58,038 bases of DNA from a virus (taxonomy: Duplodnaviria; Caudoviricetes): positions 1 to 58,038 of IMG/VR virus record IMGVR_UViG_3300018428_000023; one strand, given 5' to 3'. Positions 1 to 9,542 of the stretch are shown piece by piece. The notes under the pieces were generated by a model. It had not been told where the DNA came from and did not search any database. It was given only the letters and a program-made list of their open reading frames with translations. The number at the start of each line of letters is the position of its first letter. Positions within the stretch are counted from its first letter, which is position 1. A program made the translations under genes and the position numbers.

Positions 1-1
1 A

Positions 2-220
2 ATCTTAGAGTTTAATCTACCAGAAGACCAATCTGACTTTGATTTAGCGGTCAATGGTGCTAAAGCACAAGTAGCCCTTTGGGAAATGGACCAATGGTTA
101 CGAGCACAGTATAAGTATATGTCTGACGATGAATACAGTAAGGACAAATACGAAACATTTGAGAAGTGTAGAGAACAGCTCCGTGAGATTATGTTTGAGA
201 ATGGATTAAAATTTGACTAA
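2..220 (+). CDS. Hypothetical phage protein, 5'-truncated by the window edge
   Basis: Open frame from the edge, ILEFNLPEDQSDFDLAVNG...GLKFD, ending TAA at 218-220; not in the ORF track. Confidence 0.75.
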   Translation: MLEFNLPEDQSDFDLAVNGAKAQVALWEMDQWLRAQYKYMSDDEYSKDKYETFEKCREQLREIMFENGLKFD

Positions 221-232
221 CACCAAAGAGAG

Positions 233-463
233 ATGGGACAGAAATCAAAGTTAATGCTTGATAATAGAACAGGCTTTAACAATAATATAGTTACTGGACG
301 GGGAAAAAAAGAACCTTTTAGAATTACAGATAATGTTATGAAATGGGGTAAGTATAGAGGAAAAAAACTTTCTGAAGTTCCTCGTTCTTACTTAGAATGG
401 ATGCTTAAAGAAATGGATTTGTCCACTACAAGAATTAGAGCAATTAAAGATGTTTTAAAATGA
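233..463 (+). CDS. Small DUF3820/QSregVF_b-like protein
   Basis: MKWGKYRGKKLSEVPRSYLEWM matches the family pattern (M/F)xFGK(Y/H)KGxxxxxVPxxYLxW. Confidence 0.7.
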   Translation: MGQKSKLMLDNRTGFNNNIVTGRGKKEPFRITDNVMKWGKYRGKKLSEVPRSYLEWMLKEMDLSTTRIRAIKDVLK

Positions 464-552
464 TTAATTTTAAATGGATTATAATAATACTGACTTATCT
501 ATTGGCAGTGTATTTTATTTACTTAACTGGTAAAGAAGACAATAAAAAATGA
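460..552 (+). CDS. 30-aa single-TM membrane peptide
   Basis: MINFKWIIIILTYLLAVYFIYLTGKEDNKK; ATGA overlaps with both neighbours. Confidence 0.6.
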   Translation: MINFKWIIIILTYLLAVYFIYLTGKEDNKK

Positions 553-836
553 AAAAGTTATTATTCGTCACAATTATTGGAATATTTGTGACATCATGTA
601 CTGGTACTCTAATAGCATTAGAGGCCAATCCTGGAGATTTTCAGGCTAAATCTGAATTAGTTCTTGCTTCTGTTAATGATAGCATACTACTAATTAAAGA
701 TAATGATGTTGGTCATCACCTTTATGAAACCTGGTTAACAGGTGCTTGGGGTAATGACCATGTTGTTATCCTTATGGATACATTGTATTTTAATAAAATT
801 TATGAAGAATTATATATGGTTAATAAAACCAATTAA
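549..836 (+). CDS. Putative lipoprotein
   Basis: MKK, hydrophobic stretch, then lipobox-like VTSC. Confidence 0.65.
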   Translation: MKKLLFVTIIGIFVTSCTGTLIALEANPGDFQAKSELVLASVNDSILLIKDNDVGHHLYETWLTGAWGNDHVVILMDTLYFNKIYEELYMVNKTN

Positions 837-1401
837 AAAAGTACTAAAGATTACCGGTATAATTATGACAATATTTATAGCAACATTGCTTTCATTGCAT
901 TTTATACCGGTAAACTCTTACAGTGAATCAACTGAAGCAGAATTTTACCTAATGGATAATGGTCAACACATTGATATAATCCTGTATGAAGATTCTGTTT
1001 ACAAAGCCTATGGTTGGGGGTCAAAAATATTTTTTACTGAAGTAAATAATTTTGAAGATCTAACCATTAAAACAGCAATACAATCGTTGTTTACAGAGCC
1101 AGCTTCTTTAATGAGAGTGCTAGAATATAAAACAGTTAATCCCAGATGGCATAGAGTTAATTGTAGTAATGAACAGTATAATATTATACGTAATTATATA
1201 CATAACTCTTATTACCATAACCTTAAATACAATGATAAATTTTATCATGCTAAAGGTAATTACAATGCGTTGAACACATGTAACACTTGGGTAAATACTG
1301 GTTTAAAGAAAGCAGGTTTAAAGGCTGTAATGTATACTTTAACAAGTAGTCCAATATCAAAACTTTATGAAGAATCATATACATCTAGAAGCAGTAATTA
1401 A
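802..1401 (+). CDS. DUF2459 (TIGR02117-like) membrane-anchored protein
   Basis: N-terminal TM; motifs NGQHIDI, YGWGSKIFF, FYHAKGNYNALNTCNTWVNTGLKKAGL; ATG at 802 preferred over the upstream start at 742. Confidence 0.7.
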   Translation: MKNYIWLIKPIKKVLKITGIIMTIFIATLLSLHFIPVNSYSESTEAEFYLMDNGQHIDIILYEDSVYKAYGWGSKIFFTEVNNFEDLTIKTAIQSLFTEPASLMRVLEYKTVNPRWHRVNCSNEQYNIIRNYIHNSYYHNLKYNDKFYHAKGNYNALNTCNTWVNTGLKKAGLKAVMYTLTSSPISKLYEESYTSRSSN

Positions 1402-1753
1402 GGACGGTAAGTTTAGTTATCCTATATCGGCTAATGAATCTAGATTAAAGAACTTTTTAGCTAATGCTCCAGAAGGTGCAAAAGTTGAAATGTTTATTAG
1501 TGTATCTGATGAAAAGAAAGGCAGCAATGCTCAGCTGGCAAGAATCCATGCTATGTGTAGGGAGATTGCAAATGAGCTAGGTTATACATTTGAGGAGATA
1601 AAACTCCAGGTAAAGAGACAAGCAGGACTCTGTTTTATGAAAAATAATTCAGAGTACTGCAAGTCCTTTGCTACCTGTGACAGGGCGGAGTTAAATCTTG
1701 CTATACAAGCATGTATAGAAATAGGAGACTTTAACAATATGAACCTAAGATGA
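1367..1753 (+). CDS. NinB/Orf-like recombination accessory protein
   Basis: SNAQLARIHAMCREIANELGYTFEEIK...KSFATCDRAELNLAI resembles the NinB/YbcN pattern. Confidence 0.5.
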   Translation: MKNHIHLEAVIKDGKFSYPISANESRLKNFLANAPEGAKVEMFISVSDEKKGSNAQLARIHAMCREIANELGYTFEEIKLQVKRQAGLCFMKNNSEYCKSFATCDRAELNLAIQACIEIGDFNNMNLR

Positions 1754-2167
1754 TTTGGGTGTGATGAGCTCGGCTATTTTTTGTAGCTTCTCATCTGCCT
1801 TACCATCTTCGTTTATAACAGATCTCATATACTCTGTAACTTGTTCTTTTGTTACTTTGGTTTCAACTGGAATCTCAAGATTCTGTTCTTTAGCTTTTGC
1901 TTTAAGTAATTGTTGAAGAGCAAACAGAGTATATAACTGTCTTTCTATATAATCTAATTCAATAGAATTATCATCAGTAGCTTCACCTTTAATGATTGCT
2001 TCAAACTTTTTAAAAGTTGATGGTAATGTAGTTGGATCCTCAATAATGTTTCCTATGTAATACATTAGGATGCTATCTAAACCAAGAATAAAACCGGTAT
2101 TGATTTCAATATCTTTAATATTTTTTGTTAGATCGTATGTATGAGTTGCCTTTAGATAATCAGCCAT
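1745..2167 (-). CDS. Hypothetical protein; only minus-strand gene in the early block
   Basis: Fills the gap between two + genes; likely start MADYLK (ATG at 2167) with a TATATTTG element 20 nt upstream. Confidence 0.7.
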   Translation of the reverse strand: MADYLKATHTYDLTKNIKDIEINTGFILGLDSILMYYIGNIIEDPTTLPSTFKKFEAIIKGEATDDNSIELDYIERQLYTLFALQQLLKAKAKEQNLEIPVETKVTKEQVTEYMRSVINEDGKADEKLQKIAELITPKSS

Positions 2168-2186
2168 AATAAAATTGTTTAATACA

Positions 2187-2194
2187 CAAATATA
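2187..2194 (-). promoter_or_regulatory. Bacteroidetes primary-sigma -7 element (TATATTTG)
   Basis: Matches the TAnnTTTG consensus just upstream of the minus-strand ORF; no well-spaced -33 seen. Confidence 0.55.
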
Positions 2195-2201
2195 ATAAAA
2201 A

Positions 2202-2897
2202 ATGAACACAATCATTATACCTGATAAGATAGAAGCGTTAAAAGAAAAATTAAAAGGTACAGGTTGGGAATCTATTATATATCCATATTTAGATTCAGAA
2301 AACTTTTATAGTACTTTAAAAAAACTTGTAGGTTTTGTTCAGGATGGTAAAAGGTTTACACCTAAAATGAAAGACTGGTTTAGAACATTTGAAACCTGTT
2401 ATTATAGTAACTTGAAAGTTATTTTTATAGGTCAGGATCCCTATCCTCAACTTGGCGTTGCAGATGGTATCTCATTTAGTTGTAGTCATACAATGAAAGA
2501 ACAGCCCTCTCTTAGACACATCTTCAACTCTTTAGAGAAACAGTATCCAGGATATGAACGCAATCCAGATCTTACCAGATGGTCAGAGCAGGGTGTTCTT
2601 ATGCTTAATACTGCACTAACTGTAGAAGTAAACAAGATTGGTTCACACTATTCACTATGGAGAGCATTTACTGAACACTTATTGCAAAAAATAAGTAATG
2701 ACAAATCACATTTAGTTGTGGTTTTGCTTGGTAAGAAAGCTCAAGAGTGGAAGAAGTATCTTAAGAATCAAACTATAATAGAGGTTGAACATCCAGCGGC
2801 AGCTGCTTATAAAGGTGGTGTTTGGAATGACAAAGACCTTTTTATAAACGTAAATAAACTACTAGAAAGTCAAGGTAAAGCTTTGATAAACTGGTAA
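2202..2897 (+). CDS. ung: Uracil-DNA glycosylase, family 1
   Basis: GQDPYP, ADGISFS, PSLRHI, QGVLMLN and HP motifs. Confidence 0.95.
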   Translation: MNTIIIPDKIEALKEKLKGTGWESIIYPYLDSENFYSTLKKLVGFVQDGKRFTPKMKDWFRTFETCYYSNLKVIFIGQDPYPQLGVADGISFSCSHTMKEQPSLRHIFNSLEKQYPGYERNPDLTRWSEQGVLMLNTALTVEVNKIGSHYSLWRAFTEHLLQKISNDKSHLVVVLLGKKAQEWKKYLKNQTIIEVEHPAAAAYKGGVWNDKDLFINVNKLLESQGKALINW

Positions 2898-2912
2898 AAT
2901 ATCTTATCTTTG
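2882..2912 (+). promoter_or_regulatory. Bacteroidetes-type promoter, TTTG-N19-TATCTTTG
   Basis: TTTG at 2882-2885, 19-nt spacer, TATCTTTG at 2905-2912, ATG at 2928. Confidence 0.75.
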
Positions 2913-2927
2913 AAAGAATATAAACTA

Positions 2928-3458
2928 ATGAAAAATACTGTAAATCAAGAAGTTACATTACAACAGGAGTTAAAAGACTTTAAGAAAAAGGTTCTTGATA
3001 AATACAAAGTTGAGTTACATACATATGTAAGAAACTCAAAAATATTAAGACCTTCTTATGAACAAATAGAAAAAGCATGTTTGCTTGCTTTGTATAATCT
3101 TTTCCCTGAATATAGAGATGTAAAAACACTTAAAGTGGTTGTTAAAAACCGACCAATTGTTATAATGAGGCAGATCTTTGCATACTTGTCTGTAAATGAC
3201 TTTGGATATGGTGTAACAGAAACAAGTAGATACTTGGTTAAGAACCATGCTACTATACTGCACTCTATAAAAGCTTGTAACAATTACATATTTACAAAGG
3301 ATAAATTATTTCAAAACTCTATAAACCAAGTAAAAATTCATTTAGGAAAATATGTGGGAACTATTCCAGAAAATATTAGCGGAGAAGATAACTCCCAATC
3401 AAATGCTTCTACTTTATGGGATGAAGGAAAAAATCCAAATTGGCTCATTGAAGTCTGA
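2928..3458 (+). CDS. DnaA C-terminal (domain IV)-like HTH protein
   Basis: KNRPIVIMRQIFAYL...ETSRYLVKNHATILHS matches the Bac_DnaA_C pattern; start moved to ATG 2928, downstream of the promoter. Confidence 0.75.
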   Translation: MKNTVNQEVTLQQELKDFKKKVLDKYKVELHTYVRNSKILRPSYEQIEKACLLALYNLFPEYRDVKTLKVVVKNRPIVIMRQIFAYLSVNDFGYGVTETSRYLVKNHATILHSIKACNNYIFTKDKLFQNSINQVKIHLGKYVGTIPENISGEDNSQSNASTLWDEGKNPNWLIEV

Positions 3459-3945
3459 GGATGAACTACCTGGTCTTATATCAGAAGGATTTATTGAAAA
3501 GCAAGAATCTTCTTATATACTAACACCTAAAGCTAAGGCATTAATAACCAAGCTTGATAACTATTTTGTTAAAGCAAAGAAGAAAACTAATATCCAGTTG
3601 ATGGGTAAAGAGTTTAATGACAAGATAGAGGAGTATAGAAATATATTTCCTGCAGGTAAACTACCTTCGGGTAGTCCAGCAAGACAGAATGTAAAAGCCT
3701 TGACAGAATCTTTTAGATGGTTCTTTGAGACTTATGATCATAACTGGGATGTAATTATAAAAGCAACCAAGATGTATGTAAATGAGTACAGAGCAACTAA
3801 CTATAAGTACATGAAGACAAGTCAATACTTTGTAGCTAAACAAGATAAACACAGAGTAAAGCATTCAGAACTTGCAGATTATTGTGATATGATTAATGAT
3901 GGCGTTCAAACAGAAGTCCATCACTTTAAAGAGAGAGTTGTATAA
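3352..3945 (+). CDS. Putative replication initiator/helicase-loader-like protein (N-terminal wHTH)
   Basis: wHTH-like LISEGFIEKQESSYILTPKAK; position upstream of DnaB; function inferred. Confidence 0.4.
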   Translation: MWELFQKILAEKITPNQMLLLYGMKEKIQIGSLKSEDELPGLISEGFIEKQESSYILTPKAKALITKLDNYFVKAKKKTNIQLMGKEFNDKIEEYRNIFPAGKLPSGSPARQNVKALTESFRWFFETYDHNWDVIIKATKMYVNEYRATNYKYMKTSQYFVAKQDKHRVKHSELADYCDMINDGVQTEVHHFKERVV

Positions 3946-4097
3946 TGGCAGGTACAGTAGAAGTATTAGAAAAGTTGAATTTAGTCTTGGAAGATTTGCA
4001 AATGCTTAGAGATGAAACTTGGGTCCCTGATGAATCAAGTTGTGAAGCAAGTATTGAAAATCTGCAAGACGCTATATATATTTTAGAACATGAGTAA
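3945..4097 (+). CDS. 50-aa acidic hypothetical protein
   Basis: MAGTVEVLEKLNLVLEDLQMLRDETWVPDESSCEASIENLQDAIYILEHE; TAATG coupling to the upstream gene. Confidence 0.7.
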   Translation: MAGTVEVLEKLNLVLEDLQMLRDETWVPDESSCEASIENLQDAIYILEHE

Positions 4098-5046
4098 ACC
4101 AACAGAAGAGTGGGTTGGACAATATGCGTCCTTTAATGATGCCCTTAAATACATGGTTAAACGTGCTAATGGTGAAGAGAAATCTATTTACACACCTTGG
4201 CCTAAGTTTAATGATGCTACTACTGATGGTTTAGAATGGAATACACTTACTGTAATGGGTGGAAGACCTGGTTCAGGTAAAACACTTATTAAAGATCAGA
4301 TCATAAGAGAATCTTTTGCATTAAATCCTAATGATGACTTTAGAGTTCTTGAGTTTCAGTTTGAGATGGTTGGTAGAACCTCAGCATTGCGTGAGTTCTC
4401 ATCCATAACAGGTAAAACTTATAAAGAACTATGTAGTGCTGGTAGTGTATTAACTACAGATGTACTAAACTCTTGTCATCAATATGCAAAAGAACGTGTA
4501 AAGTATCCAGTTGATATTGTATCAAGACCTATGACTGTTAACCAAATGCGTGAACAAATAGACATGTATATGGAAAAACATAAGGGTAAGAAAACAATTA
4601 TTACATTGGATCATACCATGCTTGTAAAGAGAGCACCATATCAGAATAGTAGTTTAGATATGCTATTTGAATTAGGTGAGTTCTTTACACAAACCAAAAG
4701 GGAGTATCCCTGTATGTTTATTGCATTGTCACAGCTTAATAGAAATATTGATAATCCAGAACGTGCACAACAAGGTAAGTATGGGAACTATGTACTTGAA
4801 TCAGATATCTTTGGTTCAGATGCTATGTTACAACATGCTGATACTTTGATTGGTATTAACCGTCCTGCTAAACAGAAGATTAGATTGTATGGTCCAGACA
4901 GGTATATTATAGAAGATGATAGAACTCTTGTTCTTCACTTCTTAAAAGCTCGTAATGGTGATACAAGAATGAGTTTCTTTAAAGCACAATTTGAACGGAT
5001 GGAGATTGCTGAAATGGCAACACCACCACAAGAAGCACCAAGATGA
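4090..5046 (+). CDS. dnaB: DnaB-like (SF4) replicative helicase
   Basis: Walker A GGRPGSGKT, FEM, ITLDH, LSQLNR, GSDAMLQHAD, KARNG. Confidence 0.92.
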   Translation: MSKPTEEWVGQYASFNDALKYMVKRANGEEKSIYTPWPKFNDATTDGLEWNTLTVMGGRPGSGKTLIKDQIIRESFALNPNDDFRVLEFQFEMVGRTSALREFSSITGKTYKELCSAGSVLTTDVLNSCHQYAKERVKYPVDIVSRPMTVNQMREQIDMYMEKHKGKKTIITLDHTMLVKRAPYQNSSLDMLFELGEFFTQTKREYPCMFIALSQLNRNIDNPERAQQGKYGNYVLESDIFGSDAMLQHADTLIGINRPAKQKIRLYGPDRYIIEDDRTLVLHFLKARNGDTRMSFFKAQFERMEIAEMATPPQEAPR

Positions 5047-5579
5047 TAACAACAAAAATGTATGAAGTAAAAAATTTAAAAATGACTCCTGAAGAAAGAA
5101 AACAAAAGGTAGCAGATTTAAAAAGACAGCATGAGGAGTATTTCAACTCAAATGAATTACAAGATGCTGCCTATATACCTAAAATGGCTTATAGACCACC
5201 GGGTAAAGATGACTTACATGTCAGCTTTTTTCCAAGTGAGCTAGAAAGAAATAAAGATATTTACACAGAGTTTGTAAGTATTGACTATGATGCAGAAGAT
5301 CCTAAAAGAACTTTGTATCTACATAAATACAACCCTCACTGGAAGGAAGAATATGAAATGATTGAAAGCAGTAGTGGTTTTCAAAGACATATTATTCCTG
5401 TATCAGAATTAAAAGTTGTAAGTGATGCTGTGTCAAAGCAAGGGAAAAGTAATATATTTGATCTTGATGACTTGACAGATTTACCAAACCCAGATGAAAC
5501 ATATTCATTTAGAGGTGTGGTTGAAGCACTCAATAAGATAGCAGAGACTTTAAGTAGAATAGAAAATAAATTAAAATAG
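5043..5579 (+). CDS. Hypothetical protein
   Basis: Coupled ORF in the replication operon; exact start uncertain. Confidence 0.7.
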   Translation: MITTKMYEVKNLKMTPEERKQKVADLKRQHEEYFNSNELQDAAYIPKMAYRPPGKDDLHVSFFPSELERNKDIYTEFVSIDYDAEDPKRTLYLHKYNPHWKEEYEMIESSSGFQRHIIPVSELKVVSDAVSKQGKSNIFDLDDLTDLPNPDETYSFRGVVEALNKIAETLSRIENKLK

Positions 5580-6266
5580 ATGGCACAAAGTGTTTTAGTA
5601 ATTGCTGAGTCAGGCTCAGGTAAATCAACGTCTATTAGGAATCTTAATCCTAAAGAGACAGTAATCATTAACATTGCTAACAAACCTTTACCTTTTAAAG
5701 GTTGGAAAAGCAAATACACTCCTTTGGATAAAGCAAATCCAGATGGCAATTTGATTAGCGTATCAAGCGGTCCAGGAGTTTATAAAGCCATGCAGCATGT
5801 AAGTGAAAAGATGCCGCATATCAAAAACTTAGTTATTGATGATTGGCAATATATGTCAAGCTTTGAGTACTTTGATAAAGCTACTGAGAAAGGCTATGAT
5901 AAATTTACCCAGATTGCAGCTAACTTAGCTCAGGTTGCTAAGCTTCCTAAAGACCTGAGAGATGATCTGTATGTCTTCTTCTTGACACACTCAGAAGAAT
6001 CCACAGATATTAATGGTCATCGTAAGGTTAAAGCTAAGACTGTAGGTAAAATGATTGACAATGCTCTTACATTAGAAGGTTTGTTCTCTATTGTATTGTT
6101 TGGCAAAGTCCGCAAAGAAGATGATGGTAGTCTTCACTATGGTTTTGAAACACAAAACAACGGTGAGAATACCTGTAAGTCACCAATGGGCATGTTTGAA
6201 GAGGAGTTTATTACAAATGACCTTCAATATGTCAAGGATGCAATCTATGCATACGAAAATGAATAA
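5580..6266 (+). CDS. AAA_24/Sak4-like ATPase
   Basis: Walker A AESGSGKS, Walker B LVIDD, FLTH, TCKSPMGMF; next to an SSB-like gene. Confidence 0.8.
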   Translation: MAQSVLVIAESGSGKSTSIRNLNPKETVIINIANKPLPFKGWKSKYTPLDKANPDGNLISVSSGPGVYKAMQHVSEKMPHIKNLVIDDWQYMSSFEYFDKATEKGYDKFTQIAANLAQVAKLPKDLRDDLYVFFLTHSEESTDINGHRKVKAKTVGKMIDNALTLEGLFSIVLFGKVRKEDDGSLHYGFETQNNGENTCKSPMGMFEEEFITNDLQYVKDAIYAYENE

Positions 6267-6295
6267 TTAAAAGTTAAATTTTAAATCAACAAGAA

Positions 6296-6973
6296 ATGTT
6301 AAGTACTAAAGACATGTCCGCTGGTAGCGGCAAGATCAAGCCGGTAATTGATGCTGGTAACCAGGAATTGAAAATTAATTCTATCACTCTACACACTCCA
6401 CCTTATGATCAGAACGCATATGATCTACAACTTAATGTAGAATCACACCCTGTTGGTGGTGAATTTGAAGGTTTCCTTCTTGATGTGAATAATCCAAATG
6501 GTCCACGTTATCAAGGTCAAGTTGGTAGAGTATCTTTCCAACGTTATGCATTCTCTGACACAACTTTACCTAGCGGTAGAGAAATTAACCGTGATGCAGA
6601 AATCATGAAATCTTTGATCTTGCTTGCTGAAATGCAAGGTAAGCGTAGTGAACTTGATTCTATTCAAGCACAAACTATTGAAGGCTTTGTGCAGTCAGCA
6701 GATGCTATTCTTAGCGGAGATACTTACTACAACTTCTGTATTGCAGGACGTGAGTGGGAAAACAAAGAAGGTTACATTAACCTTCAGTTGTTCTTACCTA
6801 AGCGTACTGGTACAGGTGTTCCTTTTGAATCTCTTGATGTAGATAATTCTAGATTGATTGAATTCAGTAGAGATGAGCACATTGTTCCTGTAAAGACTAG
6901 AACAACGCAAAACACAACTCAAAGCTTTGAACCAGTAGCAGGTACTGTATCTGGGGATGATTTTGATTTGTAA
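6296..6973 (+). CDS. Putative single-stranded DNA-binding protein
   Basis: Beta-rich core, acidic/aromatic tail SGDDFDL, between the ATPase and primase. Confidence 0.6.
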   Translation: MLSTKDMSAGSGKIKPVIDAGNQELKINSITLHTPPYDQNAYDLQLNVESHPVGGEFEGFLLDVNNPNGPRYQGQVGRVSFQRYAFSDTTLPSGREINRDAEIMKSLILLAEMQGKRSELDSIQAQTIEGFVQSADAILSGDTYYNFCIAGREWENKEGYINLQLFLPKRTGTGVPFESLDVDNSRLIEFSRDEHIVPVKTRTTQNTTQSFEPVAGTVSGDDFDL

Positions 6974-6981
6974 ATAAATAT

Positions 6982-7008
6982 GGAGGGGGCTGCGGCCCCT
7001 TCCTTTTT
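6982..7008 (+). terminator. Intrinsic terminator
   Basis: GGAGGGGGC-TGCG-GCCCCTTCC followed by TTTTT. Confidence 0.85.
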
Positions 7009-7011
7009 ATT

Positions 7012-7986
7012 ATGTTAAGTAGCAAGAATTTAGTAATAGACATAGCAGATGTCCCAAGTTATTGGGTGTTTCAATATTATCTGGAACTGCCTGAGAAACT
7101 CACAGGACAAGATGTTAAAATCAAATCTATTTTTAATCCAACAGAACGCACACCAAGCTTCTGTATATATGTAGATAAGTCAATACAACAATATAAGTTT
7201 AAAGATTTTTCTACTGGTGTTTCTGGTAGTAAGATTGATGTAGTCCGTAAGTTATTTAATCTCAACTTTACCCAAGCCGTTAATCAAATTATAGAAGACT
7301 ATAATGATTATGTTGGCAACGGTGAGGTTGAATTAATTACACTAAAAGCGGATGCTAAATGGACTCTTGATTATGTTCACACAAGAGAGTGGAACCAACA
7401 AGATGCTGATTTCTGGCTGTCATTTAGAATTGGCAGCTCACTACTCAACGAGTATAATGTAAAACCTATAGAATATTTTACCCTCATAAAAGATCAGGAT
7501 GGTAAAATTGAAAAAGCTAAGTTTAGAAAACCCATGGCATATGGTTACTTTACTAAAGATGGTGCTGTGTATAAGATATACCAGCCTCATGATAGCTTTA
7601 AGTTCTACAATGTAGTGTCCCACTTACAGGGATATGATCAACTTAAGTATGATAAACCATACCTGGCAATCTGCTCTTCATTAAAAGATGCAATGACTCT
7701 AAAGGGTATGGGTTATAACTTAGAGGTTATAGCACCTAACAGTGAGAACACAATGATCAAGCCTTATATGATTAATAATCTAAAAACAAAATATAAGAAG
7801 ATCATTACTTTGTTTGACAATGATGATGCAGGTAGGAATGCCATCCAATCATATGCAAAAGCATATAATATTCAAGGATGTTGCCTTTCTATATGCAAAG
7901 ACATATCAGATGCTATAAGAGAACACGGTTTTGAAACAGTTCATAAGGAACTAAAACCTTTATTACAAAGAACACTAAAATTATAG
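7012..7986 (+). CDS. DNA primase (crAss-type Toprim)
   Basis: FNPTERTPSF...FKDFSTG N-terminal domain; SSLKDAM; Toprim LFDNDDAG; KDISD. Confidence 0.88.
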   Translation: MLSSKNLVIDIADVPSYWVFQYYLELPEKLTGQDVKIKSIFNPTERTPSFCIYVDKSIQQYKFKDFSTGVSGSKIDVVRKLFNLNFTQAVNQIIEDYNDYVGNGEVELITLKADAKWTLDYVHTREWNQQDADFWLSFRIGSSLLNEYNVKPIEYFTLIKDQDGKIEKAKFRKPMAYGYFTKDGAVYKIYQPHDSFKFYNVVSHLQGYDQLKYDKPYLAICSSLKDAMTLKGMGYNLEVIAPNSENTMIKPYMINNLKTKYKKIITLFDNDDAGRNAIQSYAKAYNIQGCCLSICKDISDAIREHGFETVHKELKPLLQRTLKL

Positions 7987-7987
7987 T

Positions 7988-8446
7988 ATGAAGTGGTTTA
8001 TACCAGGAAATGTACCCAGCTCAAAGAATGGGCGTAGATGGACAGGGAAGTATTTCATAGCAAGTAAAACTGTTGTGAACTACCGTAAGAATACTAAAGA
8101 GTATTATCAGAAATATACTAAAGAGTTTAGAGATGAACTCAAAAAGTATAAACTTCCAGTCAAGATAGGGTTTACATTTGTTAGGGGTACACGTCATAAG
8201 TTTGACTATATTAATCCTGCACAAACAGTGCAAGATGATATGGTGTCTCACCATTGGATTGATGATGACAATGCTGAAAACATACTGCCAGTATTTTATC
8301 AGTATACATATGACAAAATTAATCCAGGTGTCTACATAGAAATATTGAAAGATAATGAATTAAAAGATGGAAAAGAAACAACAAGACAGACTAAGACAAC
8401 TACTAGCTCTAACAAATCTAAAAGACCTAGGGGTAAAAAACGTTGA
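7988..8446 (+). CDS. RusA-like Holliday junction resolvase
   Basis: IPGNVPSSKN, FDYIN, VQDDM, WIDDDN acidic motifs. Confidence 0.7.
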   Translation: MKWFIPGNVPSSKNGRRWTGKYFIASKTVVNYRKNTKEYYQKYTKEFRDELKKYKLPVKIGFTFVRGTRHKFDYINPAQTVQDDMVSHHWIDDDNAENILPVFYQYTYDKINPGVYIEILKDNELKDGKETTRQTKTTTSSNKSKRPRGKKR

Positions 8447-8756
8447 CATAAATTTCTCAGGGTCAGGAGACTCAGGAGATATAGATGAAGTAGAGTTCAG
8501 ATCATGGGATGATGCCTACTGTACATCTACAGTTATAGAGCAATTTGCTTTAAAGAGTATTAAAATAGATGAACTATTTGCAGATTTAGCTTGGGATATT
8601 ATATCAGACAAAGTTGATCCAATTGGAGATTGGGTTAACAATGAAGGTGGGTATGGTAGTATTAGAATTGATGTAGAAGAACAAAGATATGACCTTGATT
8701 ATCATCAGCGTACAACTGATGATTATGATTGGTCAGATGAAATTCTATTTATATAA
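8367..8756 (+). CDS. DUF6878-like protein
   Basis: FSGSGDSGDIDEV and DWVNNEGGYGSIRID motifs. Confidence 0.6.
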   Translation: MEKKQQDRLRQLLALTNLKDLGVKNVDINFSGSGDSGDIDEVEFRSWDDAYCTSTVIEQFALKSIKIDELFADLAWDIISDKVDPIGDWVNNEGGYGSIRIDVEEQRYDLDYHQRTTDDYDWSDEILFI

Positions 8757-9103
8757 TGGCACATCCAATAGCTCATGCTAAAAGTTCAGTAAGAAAGTGG
8801 GGTGGAACAGTTGAAGACTATCAACATATTCATGATTGGTTTGATCAAACCAAAGGTTGGATTGGACATAGTATTCATAGAATGTTCCGTCATCACTCTG
8901 AAGGAATCTTTGAAGCAGAAAAAATATTTGGTAAGAGTTTTACTAATTCAGATGGTAGAACTGTATTTACAAGGTATGTTGGAGAACAACATGTAAAAGA
9001 AGATTGCAATGGGTATATCCCTACAGCAAAAGAGTGGTTAGTTCACATGAATAAAGAGAAAAAACCACAGTGGATGACAAAGACTTTAAAAGTAGAAGAT
9101 TAA
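8756..9103 (+). CDS. DUF6915-like His-rich protein
   Basis: MAHPIAHAKSSVRKWGG, IHDWFDQTK, HRMFRHHSEG, GEQHVKED. Confidence 0.7.
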   Translation: MAHPIAHAKSSVRKWGGTVEDYQHIHDWFDQTKGWIGHSIHRMFRHHSEGIFEAEKIFGKSFTNSDGRTVFTRYVGEQHVKEDCNGYIPTAKEWLVHMNKEKKPQWMTKTLKVED

Positions 9104-9104
9104 A

Positions 9105-9542
9105 ATGGAAGTATTAAACAAAATTCTGCCTAGTGAATACATTTCACTAAAAAAAATGCTTGGTTCTTCAAGTGAAGATCAAAGCATATGTGTTGAAAAC
9201 ATAAAGAATCTAAATCTAGATCCTATTTACATTGTATTTCTTGCAAAGACTGCTTGCTCATTAAACTATAGAGAAGAGTTTTTAAGCAACTTTAAAGATA
9301 TTTTTGAAGAAGAGCCTTGGCTCTCTACAAAAAAGGTTATACGCAGCAGATGGGGCAATGACTCTACTGTATTTGATTTCTCTTGGGAAATGATTCATAG
9401 CATTATAAAGAAGCATTATTCTAATGATTCTTTTGTTATCAGGTTATTTACCACAGAGTTTAATAATCAAGTATCAAATGAGATAATTGCAAATACAACT
9501 TGGAAATTTGTATCAAAGGTTAATTGTGAAATTATATGGTAA
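9105..9542 (+). CDS. Hypothetical protein sharing a helical motif with the 11971 and 13011 genes
   Basis: ILPSEYISLKKMLGSSSEDQSICVENIKNLNL resembles LTKEEYLNARNMIKSDDKENTALALELLSNCNL. Confidence 0.65.
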   Translation: MEVLNKILPSEYISLKKMLGSSSEDQSICVENIKNLNLDPIYIVFLAKTACSLNYREEFLSNFKDIFEEEPWLSTKKVIRSRWGNDSTVFDFSWEMIHSIIKKHYSNDSFVIRLFTTEFNNQVSNEIIANTTWKFVSKVNCEIIW

